Positions 26,261-38,607 of a stretch of DNA of 64,000 bases are shown here, in pieces (position 1 is the first letter of the stretch; every line of letters starts with the position of its first letter). A model generated the notes under the pieces. It did not search any database. It was not told the origin of the DNA and saw nothing but the letters and a program-made list of their open reading frames with translations. The stretch comes from Paraspadella gotoi (taxonomy: Eukaryota; Animalia; Chaetognatha), in NCBI GenBank assembly GCA_051294375.1, contig CM119268.1, positions 9,739,296 to 9,803,295 of the forward strand, written 5' to 3'. The position numbers and the translations under genes were made by a program.

Positions 26261-29200
26261 TCATTGGGATTTGCTGGCGCGTATTTGCCGGTGAATGACG
26301 AACGCGGCTATGGCGGCGATGGCGGCGACGCACACGAAAGGCGCTAAACGAGTAAAATATCCTTCGCCAGAGGTTTCCCCCTCCTCTTTTTCCTCGGCCT
26401 TCTCCTCCTGCTTGAGGAGGCGTTCCCGCAAAGAAGCAACGCGCAACTCGATATCGCGGCGAATCTCTTCTTCGTACGGATCGTTTTTCCTCTGAAGATG
26501 AATAAGATGAGACACCGACGACCAATAAAACCGATTCACTTCTCGTCCTCACCTTTGCGTCATGACTGAGGTCGTCCTCGAACACTCCCGTATAACCCTC
26601 GCGAGACGTTGAATTGAATAATTCGACTTTCTCGGCGTCCGAGTTTTTGAACTCGATGATTCCTTCATCGAAACGGTCTTTGTCCTCAAAACCCACGCAC
26701 ACCCTCTCCGAATCCTCGTAATCCTCCTCCGGATTCGCTTCCACAGATTCTTCCTCGCAACAGCATTCTCCAGTGTAGTCATGTCTACCAACTGTTGAGT
26801 AACTCGCTGCTGTCGCCACCTCGGTTGCGTCTTCCTCGATAATTTCTTCTTGTTCCTCGGGATCGTCGAGGGCGGAGAAAACTAAAGGTTCAGACTTGGA
26901 AGTTTCGAGCGGCTCCGGCGTGACGGTTGGCGCTGAATCTATTTTAAGAGCAATGAATAATAAAAATCTTAAAGTATAGTGATCTCGCCAGACGTTACTC
27001 TCAAAGAAAATTAATTAAAAAAAATAAAAAAAAAACAAAACAAACGAATGATTGATGAGATAACAAATTATTGATGTAATAATAATTTATTGATGTAATA
27101 GTAATTGATTGATTGATTGATGTAATAGTAATTGATTGATTGATTGATGTAATAGTAATTGATTGATTGATTGATGTAATAGTAATTGATTGATTGATTG
27201 ATGTAATAGTAATTGATTGATTGATGTAATAGTAATTGATTGATATAATAGTAATTGATAACCAAATTATTGATGCAATGATAACCAAATTATTGATGCG
27301 ATGATAACCAAATTATTGATGCGATGATAACCAAATTATTGATGCGATGATAACCAAATTATTGATGCGATGATAATCATTCATTGATGCGATGATAATC
27401 ATTCTTTGATGCGATGATAATCATTCTTTGATGCGATGATAATCATTCTTTGATGCGATGATAATCATTCTTTGATGCGATGATAATCATTCATTGATGC
27501 GATGATAATCATTCTTTGATGCGATGATAATCATTCATTGATGCGATGATAATCATTCATCGTAAACAAACAAATGCGTGTATGAATGAGAGAGAGAAAG
27601 AGAAAGCGAGAGAAAGAGAGAGAAAGAGAAAGCGAGAGAAAGAGAGAGAAAAATGAAGAGAAAAAAAAATAGAGAGAAGCTGGACAGCCGCTGCAGAGCT
27701 TAACTCGTTTTTAAACGAATCAGATGAAGCAGCAACAAAAAAAAAAAGCTGGACAGCTGAACTCGTCTATATATATATAAAAATTGTTTTGTAAATAAAA
27801 AAAAAATGAGTGGAGGAATATGAAACGTGTGAATCTAAAAGATGATTAGAAGCTATATCTAAATTTTTATCTTCCTATGGTTACACACTTGAACTATTTT
27901 CAATGTTAAAACAGCGTGACGACGACGACTACGGTCAAAATAGGCAGAAACGAATTAACATCTCGCGAAATAAAAACAAAAAAATTACAAAAAAAAGAAA
28001 AATGGAGATGATTAAAAACCTAAGATAAACCATACTAACAAACTTAAACCTGGCATTCTCGTCGCGGCGACGCTCCGCCTGTTGTGCCAAGACAACCGGG
28101 AGATAACTGTCTCGGGGGTGGCGCTGGATCGACACGAAATCGCCGAGTCATCGGTTTTCGTCGGACTTTCTAGCAGCGGAGAGAGATTCGTCGACGAAGA
28201 TTGCGGAGTCACTTCGTGCGATTCCGGACAAACCGATTCCCTGAAACATAAAAATATAAATCCACAGATCAGATTTCTCTTGGACCAAAGGTTTGTCTTC
28301 GTGAAAGACATCAACTTTCGACAGACAGGTCTTTATCAACGCGCATTTCTAGCCTGCATTTTTTCAGTTCCTCATCGCTGTCCGAGTCGAGAGAGTCTCG
28401 ATCCGAGTGTCGAGCTTCTAAGGCGGCGTCGAGATCCTTTAACGCCACATCCTTATCCAAATCTTCCCTCTCTCCCTCTTTCACGGAGACGTCGTAGAGG
28501 TTGGCGGCCTCCAGCTCCATCACCTCTTCGTTTCCTTCGAATTCCGACTCGTCTTCCTCCGTCGCCTCTTCCACTATTTCCAAAACTCCGTAGGGTTCCA
28601 CTCTTCGGAAGGATTCCGTAACTTCCGACTGATTATCACACCAAACGTGTCACGGGTTATGCATCCAAAAATTGGTACAAGAAGCTCACCATCATCGCCC
28701 CCTCCATGCTGCTAGGAGGTCGAGGAGACGCATCGTAGTCGTCGTCGTCGTCGAAGGCGCGGTCGGCTTCGGACACGAGTGAGGTCAAAGATTCGAGATC
28801 CCCTTCGTCCGGGCGAGAGGTGAGGGAGAAGGCCGGACTAACGGATCTCGGAACTTATTGCGGGTGGGAAATAGAGATCGAACGATCAAGACAGGTAGAC
28901 GTGAGGGAAAATAAATCAATCTTCACCTCTTAAAAATCCCTCTTGGCTCTGCTCTGGGACAAAACTTGATCGAGAAATATCCATATTTAACGAAAAATAA
29001 TTAGCATCGTAATAAAAACAGTTATTATGTAAGCACACACCTTTTCAATTCGTCGTTTAGGTGAAAAAAATTTTGAGGGAGTTCAGTGAAAGATGCGTGA
29101 TCGCCGTCTTGAGCATCTAGGATCAAAACTGGACATGAGGAAACCCGATCATCAGGAGTTCATCATTCGTTCTCGATTACTGCGAAGCGAAGCGTCGTGC

Positions 29201-29581
29201 TTTCGGCGCCACATCCGTTCGGCGGCATCGTGAATGACATTTAGGCGAAGGTCTTCCTTGCCGGCGGCGGCGAAAAGGCGCACGAATTCTCGATGCGTCA
29301 CATTCTCAACGTTTGTCCCGTTCACGCACACAATTTTATCTCCCACCTACGAAGGCCAAGGAGAGTAAGGAACACCAACAAACGATCGCGACTGGACGAG
29401 GCCCTTTAACCTTGAGTCTCCCGTCCTGTCGCGCGAATCCGTCCTCATTGATTTTGACGATGAAAATTCCGGGATCCACGAATTCCGGCGTCTGGATAAA
29501 GGGGAAGTCCGTTCCGCCGCGGACGTTGATGCCCAAACCTTGATGACCTTTGACCAGGACCACGGACTCCGTCTCGTACAT
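26261..29581 (-). CDS. PDZ-domain tail-anchored protein, SYNJ2BP/OMP25-like, with long acidic linker
   Basis: N-terminal PDZ GLGINVRGGTDFPFI...DPGIFIVKINEDGFARQDGRLK|VGDKIVCVNG...VTHREFVRLF. Several D/E-rich exons follow. C-terminal TM plus basic tail: LAPFVCVAAIAAIAAFVIHRQIRASKSQ*. Confidence 0.8.
27055..27560. repeat. Compound intronic minisatellite
   Basis: Units ttgatgtaatagtaattgattgattga (~27 bp), then ttgatgcgatgataaccaaatta (23 bp), then ttgatgcgatgataatcattc(t/a) (22 bp). Confidence 0.9.
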
Positions 29582-30294
29582 CGTTGTCGGGATCGCCGAT
29601 TTTTTTTTTTTATTTCGATCCCGACATAGTTTCGAGAAGTTAAAAAAGAAAAATAAAAAAATATCCGGCCGAGAAATGTGGATCGCTCGTTAACGACAAT
29701 GGGTTGGGTAGCGTAAAATTCTACGCCATGCCAGTTTTGTTGATAATTTTTTAATGTCGATAAGAGCGAATAGACCGAATAAACCACATGGACATAAGAA
29801 GTAAAGGACGAACTATAAATGTTATCAAAACGGATCTATAGCATATTAACAATGAGTATGTATAATGATTATTGAATAATCAATATTGGACATGCTTAGT
29901 GGGTTACGACATAAAACTGACACGCAATTGGCAAAGCGTTATAGCATGATTTAAGTTTTTTAAAAAAAATTGAAATTTCTCGGATAAGGTCACTAATCTC
30001 GTCACAAGTGCTTTTTTTAATTTGTTTTCTTTCAGTACTTTTATAGCAATTTTCTGCAAAACATAAAAAGTAGCAATTTAATCGAAATAAGGCTGAGCGG
30101 TATAATCTCTCGCTAAATCGATTACAGTAAGTTGGGTCAAAAATTTCAATTGAGCACCTGCTCAAATGAAAATTTAGACAATAAAAAAAAAAATTGAAAA
30201 GATACAATATTTTTAATATAACTCTATAAATTATATATTATTTTTTTAATATTTATTTAAAATAGGAATGGCTAAAAAATTTTTAAAGATTTGT

Positions 30295-30560
30295 TTATTT
30301 TTAAGATCGGATTCGGGTAGCTTGGAAAAAGTTGTCTACACAAAGTATTATTCTTTTTTTGCTATCTTGATCATAAGTGGGTGAAAAATAAGAAAAACCA
30401 TTAAAAATCATCCTCATCATCTTTCAATAATTTTATTTCTTTTTCTTAATTTTGAGCTAGAAAACGTAAGAATTCTTGATTTAATTTTTTTTTTATCATT
30501 ATATAGTAATTTCTATAGCAACAAGAAAAGCATTAAAATTAAATTTTTTTAAAAAAAAAT
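30295..30560. repeat. Dispersed AT-rich repeat family (MITE-like), copy 2
   Basis: Similar to ~20098 and ~40767 over about 100 bp. Confidence 0.5.
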
Positions 30561-30721
30561 TCTTTTTCTACCTGAAAGCAGACAGCAAGATTAAAGCTTT
30601 GTACCCCCGCCCCTCTTGATTTTAATTTCATAGTAGATATCTAACATTAATCTTGAACGCGAATTGGATAGTATCAGAACTCTTTGCAGTCTACACAGCA
30701 AATATTTTATACGCCCGTAAA

Positions 30722-33700
30722 TCAGACATAGAAAATTGATTTCAGGGTGGTCTCAAGTTTATTCCAGTTTTTTTCCAGGCCATCGTCCGTTTCTTCATCG
30801 GTTATTTCTCCCTCTTCGACGTGGGCACGATTTGCCAAGGCCTGACAAGGTTTTTTAAACACATTTATTACTCTTTAAATTTTCAAACTTCGTAATGTAA
30901 TCCTTTGACAAACTAAGAATATGACCATGACGAAAATGAAAATTAAAACTTCAGGATAACCTCATTTAAATCTCCGGAAAACACCTTTCGTCGATCGATG
31001 GTTTTATTTGTCGCCATATTTCTTTGTCCTAAATTTAAGGATGCTGCCATTTAAAACATTAAGATACGAAAACAATAGCAGATTTTGAATAAGTACAACT
31101 ACCTGACAAGTTTTCGTCATCAACGGAAGGAAAATCATAAACCGTGATCCCATCCTCGTCTTCATTTGAATCCCAATCATTCATCGGCTCGGCGTCATCC
31201 CACCATCCGTCCTAATGGAAATAAGGACTTCGCATTACATTACATTACAAACGATTGCATTATTACCTGAAGGAATTGCCCATTTAAATTCAAGTCCTGT
31301 TTTTCTTCAGCGCAATCGTTATCGTCGGATTCCCAAAGGTCAACATCCTCCCATTGTTTTCTTTCTTCTAACATTTTGAGGCGTTTCCTTTTCTTGCGAT
31401 TCCGATTTTTAGCTCTAGAAAACGGCAATGAACGTGAAACTGTTTATACACATTCTCTTTTAAAGATCGACACGTTTTAATGTTGGACCTTCGTTTTTCA
31501 ATCTCCTCCAACATTCTGGCTCTATGCTTCGTCAATTCTCCAGCGGGTTCATCGCTATTGGGAATGACAACGTTTGAAGAAAGATTATCGCTCGTGCCCC
31601 CAGAAAAATCCGGTAGATGAGAACCTGAAAAATCTATTATTTCGATTAATTGAAATTTTGTATTTAAAGTCCGCAAAATAAAATCACGTACCGATTTGTC
31701 CAACGGGAGGCAGCCCCAATTTTTCTACAGGTTGTGCAAAGTTCTCTAAAGAAGCTGAACAAAGCAGGTACGACAGAGGACCATTCAGAGAACCCGGAAA
31801 ATCACCCAAAAGTCCGGGAGCAGAGTTGAAGTGACTTCCGATATTGGGGACAGATGGAGTCGAGGATGAACTAACCTTCGCAGCATGCTCAGATGAACCT
31901 ACCGACTCTTCGAAGGAGACGTTCTCTGTCTCCGATGGTTTTCGTTTCAGTCGCCAATCGTCTTCCTTGTTTTTCTCCTCACTGGAAGTTTGTTTCGTTA
32001 GGGAAAACACGAGTTTTACGGGGCAAACTCCACGGTTCTGGCTGATCGTTGAAGGAGCAAACGTCGATTTGAACGAGACGGGTGGCTCGATCGCCGGCGG
32101 TGTCTTATCATTCTTACAGTTCGTATCATGACAGTTCGTATCATGACAGTTCTTTTCTAGGTCGACGGCGGCCGCGTTCGCCGTGGGGTTATTTAATGAC
32201 AAACTATCAGGACGGCCGAAAAACTTCCCAAAGTGTGCGTCTATGTTGCTAGTCTCACTATTTAATACGTGGGAACCAACGGATTTATTACTGATGTTAG
32301 TGATGCTAACCTCTCCGGGGAAACCGAACACGTCGTTTCTGTTGCACAACTTCTCGGAACTTTCATCTTTCATCTCTTTTTTTATTTCATGGAAATCATT
32401 TTTTTCATTTTCAACTTTGGATACTTTTTTCCTGACTTGAGTTTCTAAATTCAAATCAGATATGTTAGTTTCGTTCCTGGCAATATTTTCTTCAATAGGT
32501 TCATCTTTTACCGCGATTATCAAGTCCGTTTCTTCCTTCCATTCTTCGACTTCACTGGCAATAATCGACTTCATATTGGAAGAGTATTGGTTCAATTCAT
32601 ATATCTTCGAACCGTCGTCGTGCGAGTTATGATACACTTGTTCTTTATTAATCTTCCCCGAATCAGGCTCAAAATCCAGAATTTTCGGAACATTAACTCT
32701 TGAAATGGCCTGGTCTTTGGGTGGGACAATGTCGATAATATTCTTAAGCAAATGGGATTCGCTTGGGTCATATTCGTTTGAAAGACCTGGTAACTGTGAT
32801 GAAATATCGAAGGCGACAGATAAAAGATTCTCCCTGAAATGAAATTAACATATAAAATAATTTAGTTATAATCAAAAGCTAAAGCACTTTTTAAAAAAAT
32901 TCTTACTCGAATCTTTCCCTTTGGCTTTGATTTGAAAATTTGTTTGTCCACTCGTCGTTCGACGGCAATGGACTGGATTTGAGCTTTTCTTCAAGAGATT
33001 CCGTTCCATGCAAATCTGATCTTAATTAAGCCAATAAGTAGTTTGTTACAATCTAAAAACTATATATTGCTCAATGCTTAAGCAAATCAATGGATATCAA
33101 AGGTCTCACCTCTGTTCATGCGAAATGGAGGATATTGCGCTTGCTTCAGGAGAAGAATCATTTAGCAAGCGCCGTCTAAGAAGAAGATTTTGCTCCTCCA
33201 AGATGACTGCTCTCTTGAGACGCTCGATTAGCGTGCTTTGATTAGAGGGGGCGGGAAAAGGTGCGTTTATGGAGGGACAAGTCGATCCGAAAGAAGATAG
33301 TAAAGGCTTCAAACAAATTGAAGCTGCCGACGCTGAAACGATTCGTCCAATGTCATTATTTTGATAAGACGGTTTTTCTCGACGACAAATGATTCTAACA
33401 TCGCCGAGAGGTTCGGATTGGAGCGGGTCATGAGAGGAATCCAAGAAATCCTTTTTTGGCGTGATGACTCTTTTGTCGCAGTCGTTTTTCCGCAAGGATG
33501 TTCGCTTCAACTCCGATTCGCAGGCCAAACCTATGTCGATGACGTTTCTAAGAAATAAGAAAACTCTTTAAAAAAATATATGAGGTCAGTTCAATTTTTG
33601 GTTTATCAAAATAAAACAAAAAATTCGAACCGGTTGCAGACACTAAAATCGTTATCCGGTCCGTCCGAAACCTGCGTTGGGACAGGAGCGTTTAAAAATC

Positions 33701-35294
33701 CCGTGTCAAAGAAGCCGTCGCTTGATAAAAACGGCGGCGTAAAATTCAACAATTTCGGATCACTTAGTAGGGGTCCAGATTCCTTTAACCAAGAAGAGTC
33801 CCTGGTAAAATCAGAATAAGCGTGGAAAATCTGAGATGTTATTCAACAGAAGATTTCAGTACCACGATAAGGAATTCCCAGGGAGAGTGCAAGATCCCGG
33901 CAAAGACGATTTTAAGGTCTCGCTGTAAAACGGTTCTTTTTCTTGGGGAGCGACGAAAGAGTCGACGTAATAGTGCGTCCCAGGAGCTGCTCCCTGGCAA
34001 GAAGGGAGTCTTTCGATCTCTTTCTCTACACTCTTCCCTTCAGCCCGATTGCTTTCTCCGTACGAGCGGTTCGAGAATATCTCGTTCATGACGTCGCTCG
34101 TGACTTTTGTCACAATCGACTTTGCGTTTCCGTCGATGCGTTTCGAATACTTCCGGCACAAGTCCACGAAGCAATCAGTCAATCCGTCGATTAACGTGTT
34201 TAAAAAAGAAGCGGATCCGAAGAAGGCGGCGGCCATGGATGTCATTTCTTCGGTCCACATTCCGGTATCCTGACCGGTCGCCGATGTTCTGCGTCCAACA
34301 GATTCTGAAGATGCCGTCCGAACGACAACGTCGCGGCTATTTTCGGCATCTCCTTCCGATCCACCATTTTCGTTTTCAGTCTCGGACGCCGGAGAGGAAA
34401 AGGAATCAGAAAAATTTCTCGCCAATGATGCGATTTGGCTGTCAAGGAAATTCAGCTTCATCTGGAACTTTTCTTCAGCCTCGTCTTTTCGCCTCTCCAA
34501 CAACAGGACGCATTTAACGCGACGCTGAAAATTTAACATTACAATAGTTATTAGAGTATGAAAAAATACGTAAATGAAATGGAAACGTTACCAAAACAGC
34601 GGGGTCGTATCCCGGAGAGTTAGCGGACATGTTGGGGACTAGTTTGATGTCTCGGAGAGTCGACTCGCGCTCCTGGGTGATTCTTTCGATCTCGACTTCC
34701 ACCAACTCGACAGCTTTGTGCGCTCCGAACTCACGCAGTTTCTTCATCCGGTGAAGACAGTTGGCCAACCTCACGTCGATTTCTTGGACCTTGTGAATCT
34801 AATTTACGAACCTTTTAAGTTTTACGTAAAACTAAATTATATGCCAGTTCTGATCTAGTTCCTAAACCTGATATTGTGAGATTGGTTTTCGAAAATATCT
34901 TTCTTGCTCTTGGCTGCAATGATGCTTGGGTGGCCAACGATGAAGAATCGTAGGCCAATTTCTTCGCCCGACAAAATATCTCGCGAAATCAATTTCAAAT
35001 GTTGCGCGAGCGACTTGATTCTCCAGAGCTTGAATCTCGTCCATGGTGTATTGTTTAGGAAATTTGCGCATTTCTGAATTAGAACTCGTATATCAAACTG
35101 GTCTGAGAACTTGTATATTTATTTTAAAAAATTACGAACTAGTATGTGTTACCTTTAAGTCGCTGGTAATTCTGAGAATAAAGGCAGTAATGGCCATAGA
35201 CTGCAGCATCAATGAGCTTAAATTCCCTTTCTGCTTCATCTTCGTTGCTCGAAGACTCGTCACGTGGTTCTACCGGTTCCACAGTTTCGGACAT
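30722..35294 (-). CDS. Large unknown multi-exon protein, largely low-complexity, with helical N-terminal region
   Basis: Starts MSETVEPVEPRDESSSNEDEAEREFKLIDAAVYGHY. Long open exons at 33856-34524 and 31690-32833. Last exon ...HVEEGEITDEETDDGLEKNWNKLETTLKSIFYV*. GT/AG-bounded short introns. Confidence 0.72.
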
Positions 35295-35554
35295 TGCGAA
35301 CGAGAATTTTATACGGCACAGTTAAACATTGTAAACAGTGTTCAAATTTTAGTTACCGATCCCTCACGGACGTAAAGCCATTATTCATAATCCGTTAGGT
35401 ATTCTTTCAAATAATTTAAATATAAAAAGTGGAAAACATTTCTATGAGCTACTACATAAATCTGACTCCCTGCGGTCCAAACCCGGTTCTGTCATGGTTT
35501 TTTCAAAATTAATTCCCAACCAAATAGTACGGATATAGTTGACTAAAATCCACC

Positions 35555-35715
35555 AACCGTTCATCAGCGGAAAGTCATTCGCCTCCCAACCCGAAAGTCC
35601 GGGGTTCTAGCCCGGTGGTCTCCTAGCAGTTAAGAGGGACGGGGCGCTTAACACGCCTGTATCACTGTGTTACAGCCTGATCCAAAGCTCAGGGACTGCT
35701 TATATTGAACGGGTC
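35555..35715 (+). mobile_element. tRNA-derived SINE (degenerate tRNA-Gly-like head)
   Basis: tcagcggaaagtcattcgcctcccaacccgaaagtccggggttctagcccgg resembles the D/anticodon/T arms of tRNA-Gly but cannot close a cloverleaf. It is followed by a body and a cctgatccaaagctcaggg hairpin. Confidence 0.6.
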
Positions 35716-36352
35716 ACAACAATCATTACTGTCTCTTCACGAATAAGATTAAATATCGCAGACTTAATAATTGGTTAACCTTGTTCTTTAGTTACAATTG
35801 AACTTTATAAAACTTAATAAATAAAACCTGCTCTCCCTCTCTCTTAGCTCTCTTTTTCCCCTCATTTGCTAACTACCCTTTAAGGCTTAACGATGATCTG
35901 TCAAAAAAAGTTCGAAATATTTGTTTTGCGGCGACAACAACAACAACCGTTTAGTTTTCAATAAAAAAAATATACTGCACTTGTACCCAAATTCGACGTT
36001 TCTTTACTTAATAGTTAATTCTGTCTAGAATAATAATTAATAAACTAAGGTAATTAACGTAAATTATCCTTTCAATTTAATCATCTACATAGCTATACCG
36101 TATATCACACGCCTTTACTTTAGCTTGACTATATTCATTGTATTTACAACGAAATTCCAATTATTCTTTTATTCAAACGAGCTGTTTTGTTTTACTTTAT
36201 AACTTTTCTGTTATTGCTTTTCAAGCGAGACAAATGAGTTTTTGTTAAAGGATAACTTTAACAGTCAAATTAATATTTAACCATTTTCATTAAGTTATAA
36301 AAAATTTTACAACGTGCAAACTTGAAAACTTCAAGTATAAATAAATTAGTTA

Positions 36353-38607
36353 TTAGAGCTCAAGATGGTTCTTTTTTTCGCAGTTCTTAGACCGACGAGT
36401 AAGACTACGAGATTTTTTTCTTTTAAACACAAAAAAAAGCATAACTTGAACAAAAAAAGTTAAAAGACCTAGTCCCAACAGAGCGTAAATGACATAAGTC
36501 ATAGTGTTGAATGTGTCAAGAATTTGCCCCAAAACCGCGGGGCTAGTGAGAATTGAAATCCCGCAAACAAACAGAAAATAAGCTGATGCGTCCATAGTAT
36601 CTTGAAGTGTAAATAGTTCATGAAACATAATCCACATCATGGCAAACCACGCCTAAAGAGAAAAAAAGGTAATTAACTTCTGAAATCTGAAAGCAAAATC
36701 GCTAACTTTCATAATTTCCAAACCTCAATAAAAAGCCCTAACAGAGCAGTAATAACCCCAAGAAAATGTATTGTCTTGAAAACCAAATATAAGCCTACAA
36801 AAAAATTTGATACAAAATAAAACCAATTGACAACTATTTTAAAATAATTTTATGTAATTACCTGTTAAAATTATTAAAAATACATTATCCAACAAAAAAA
36901 CGAGAATTTTTTTCTTCTTGAACCAACCAAATGCAGTCAAAGGTCCAGTCAACAACGTTCCAACGATTCCACCCACACCAAATAGCGAGAACAAGAGAGC
37001 CACAGAATCTTTGCTCAAGTTGCAATCCAATAGAATTTTTGGCAAATAAACGAGAATGCCCATCATGAATCCGTAATGAAAAAGGCCGTAGAGAAGAAAT
37101 AAAACGAAAACGGGATCGTGAAATAATTTGAGGTTGAGCACGCTGATTAATTTTAGGGTAGTTTTTGCTTGAGTTTCTTTTTCAAGATTTTGAATTTCCT
37201 CCTCCGTATTCTCCGCTCCGGATATCTCAGCTCTCGAATTCTCTGCCAGTTTCGAAGTCCCGTCAACGAAAGGGGTCTCCGATTCCTTGGGTTCGTCCTC
37301 CTCGGGAATGTCGTTCGAACCCGACGTTTCTTCCTTCGCCGATCCTTCATCGACGATCCACGATAAGGCAGAGACGGAAAGCCAAAGGCTACCGATGGAC
37401 GCCAGCGCCGCCCGCCACCCGAAGGCGTCTATCAGCGAATTGGCGATTATAGGCATAAGCAGATTTCCCACGTTGGCGCCTAAAAATAAATTTATCGATT
37501 TCTTGAAAAGTGAAGCCATATAAAAACGGAAAGACTACATCAAATACACTCACCGCAATTGGCGATCCCGTATGAAACCGGCCTGAACTTGTTCATTACT
37601 TTGCCCACCAGATGCATGGAGGTGAAACAGCAGCAGCCGCAGCCAAAGCCGGCTCCGCAGCCGAGAACCAAGATCAGCATTATGAGGTGCGACGACCAGA
37701 GGCCGGAGACGCAGAAGCAAACGGCAATGGAGACGCTGCCGATGAATAAGATCAACCGGGGAGATACCAGCTGAATAACGATCGAAGAATCGATTTACTC
37801 ATAAATCCATGATTTGTATGTTCTTTCAAAAGGCGCTGAATCTGAATATTAAGAAGGGCAGATTGAGAGAAATTCCTTTATTACAAAATTAAACATATGG
37901 GCTAAAATAATATTTCTGATCATACTTTTATTTTAAAATAAGAAAATAAAAAAAACAAAAATTTTAAAATGAACATTATGGTAGGCGGAGGGGTAGCCGA
38001 ACTCAATGGGGTGAGTCAAAAATTAGTCAAAAATTAGTCAAAAATTAGTACCTCCTAAAATAAAATTTATAACAATTTAATTTTAAGGAAACTTTCAATG
38101 GAAAAAAAATATAATATGGCTCTATTGTCTAATGTCTATACCCTTGTAATAATTTGAATTTTTTTAAATTTAATTTACAGATAGGAAAGGCAAACAATTT
38201 TTTTAATAAATTCAAATTTTAAGACTAGATTCCGATAGCTTATAAAAAGTTTGGCTTTGGCTAATTATATGAACCTTACTTTATTTAAGAGCATAACGAG
38301 CGGAGATCCAAGTCGAATAACAGCGTAAATTGAACTTTGTACCCAGACAATTTGCGAATCCTTGGCTTTTAACTCCTCTCGCCAAATATCGAAAAAAACA
38401 CCCAAGCAATGAATAATTCCGATGGTCAACATTAGGATGAGAAAGGCAACAAAAGTTGTTACCCATCCCCAAAATCCGTCCACCTGAGCAAAAAGGCATA
38501 TTTAACTACAAGAAATCTTATGCAAGAACAAAAACCATTGAAACATATATTACCTCTATTTTTCTCTCAGCCCCTTTGAATCCTTTGAATTTGTCCAATA
38601 TCCCCAT
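36353..38607 (-). CDS. Monocarboxylate transporter family (SLC16/MCT-like, MFS)
   Basis: SLC16 TM1 signature VDGFWGWVTTFVAFLILMLTIGIIHCLGVFF; also GAGFGCG, FRPVSYGIANCG, LIDAFGWRAALASIGSL and LNLKLFHDPVFVLF. About 12 hydrophobic segments. Confidence 0.9.

Noticed and set aside
27055-27560. CRISPR array
   Set aside because: Head-to-tail units with no unique spacers, inside a eukaryotic intron.
35560-35620. Functional tRNA-Gly gene
   Set aside because: Acceptor stem and T-loop are degenerate and the sequence continues into a repeat body.
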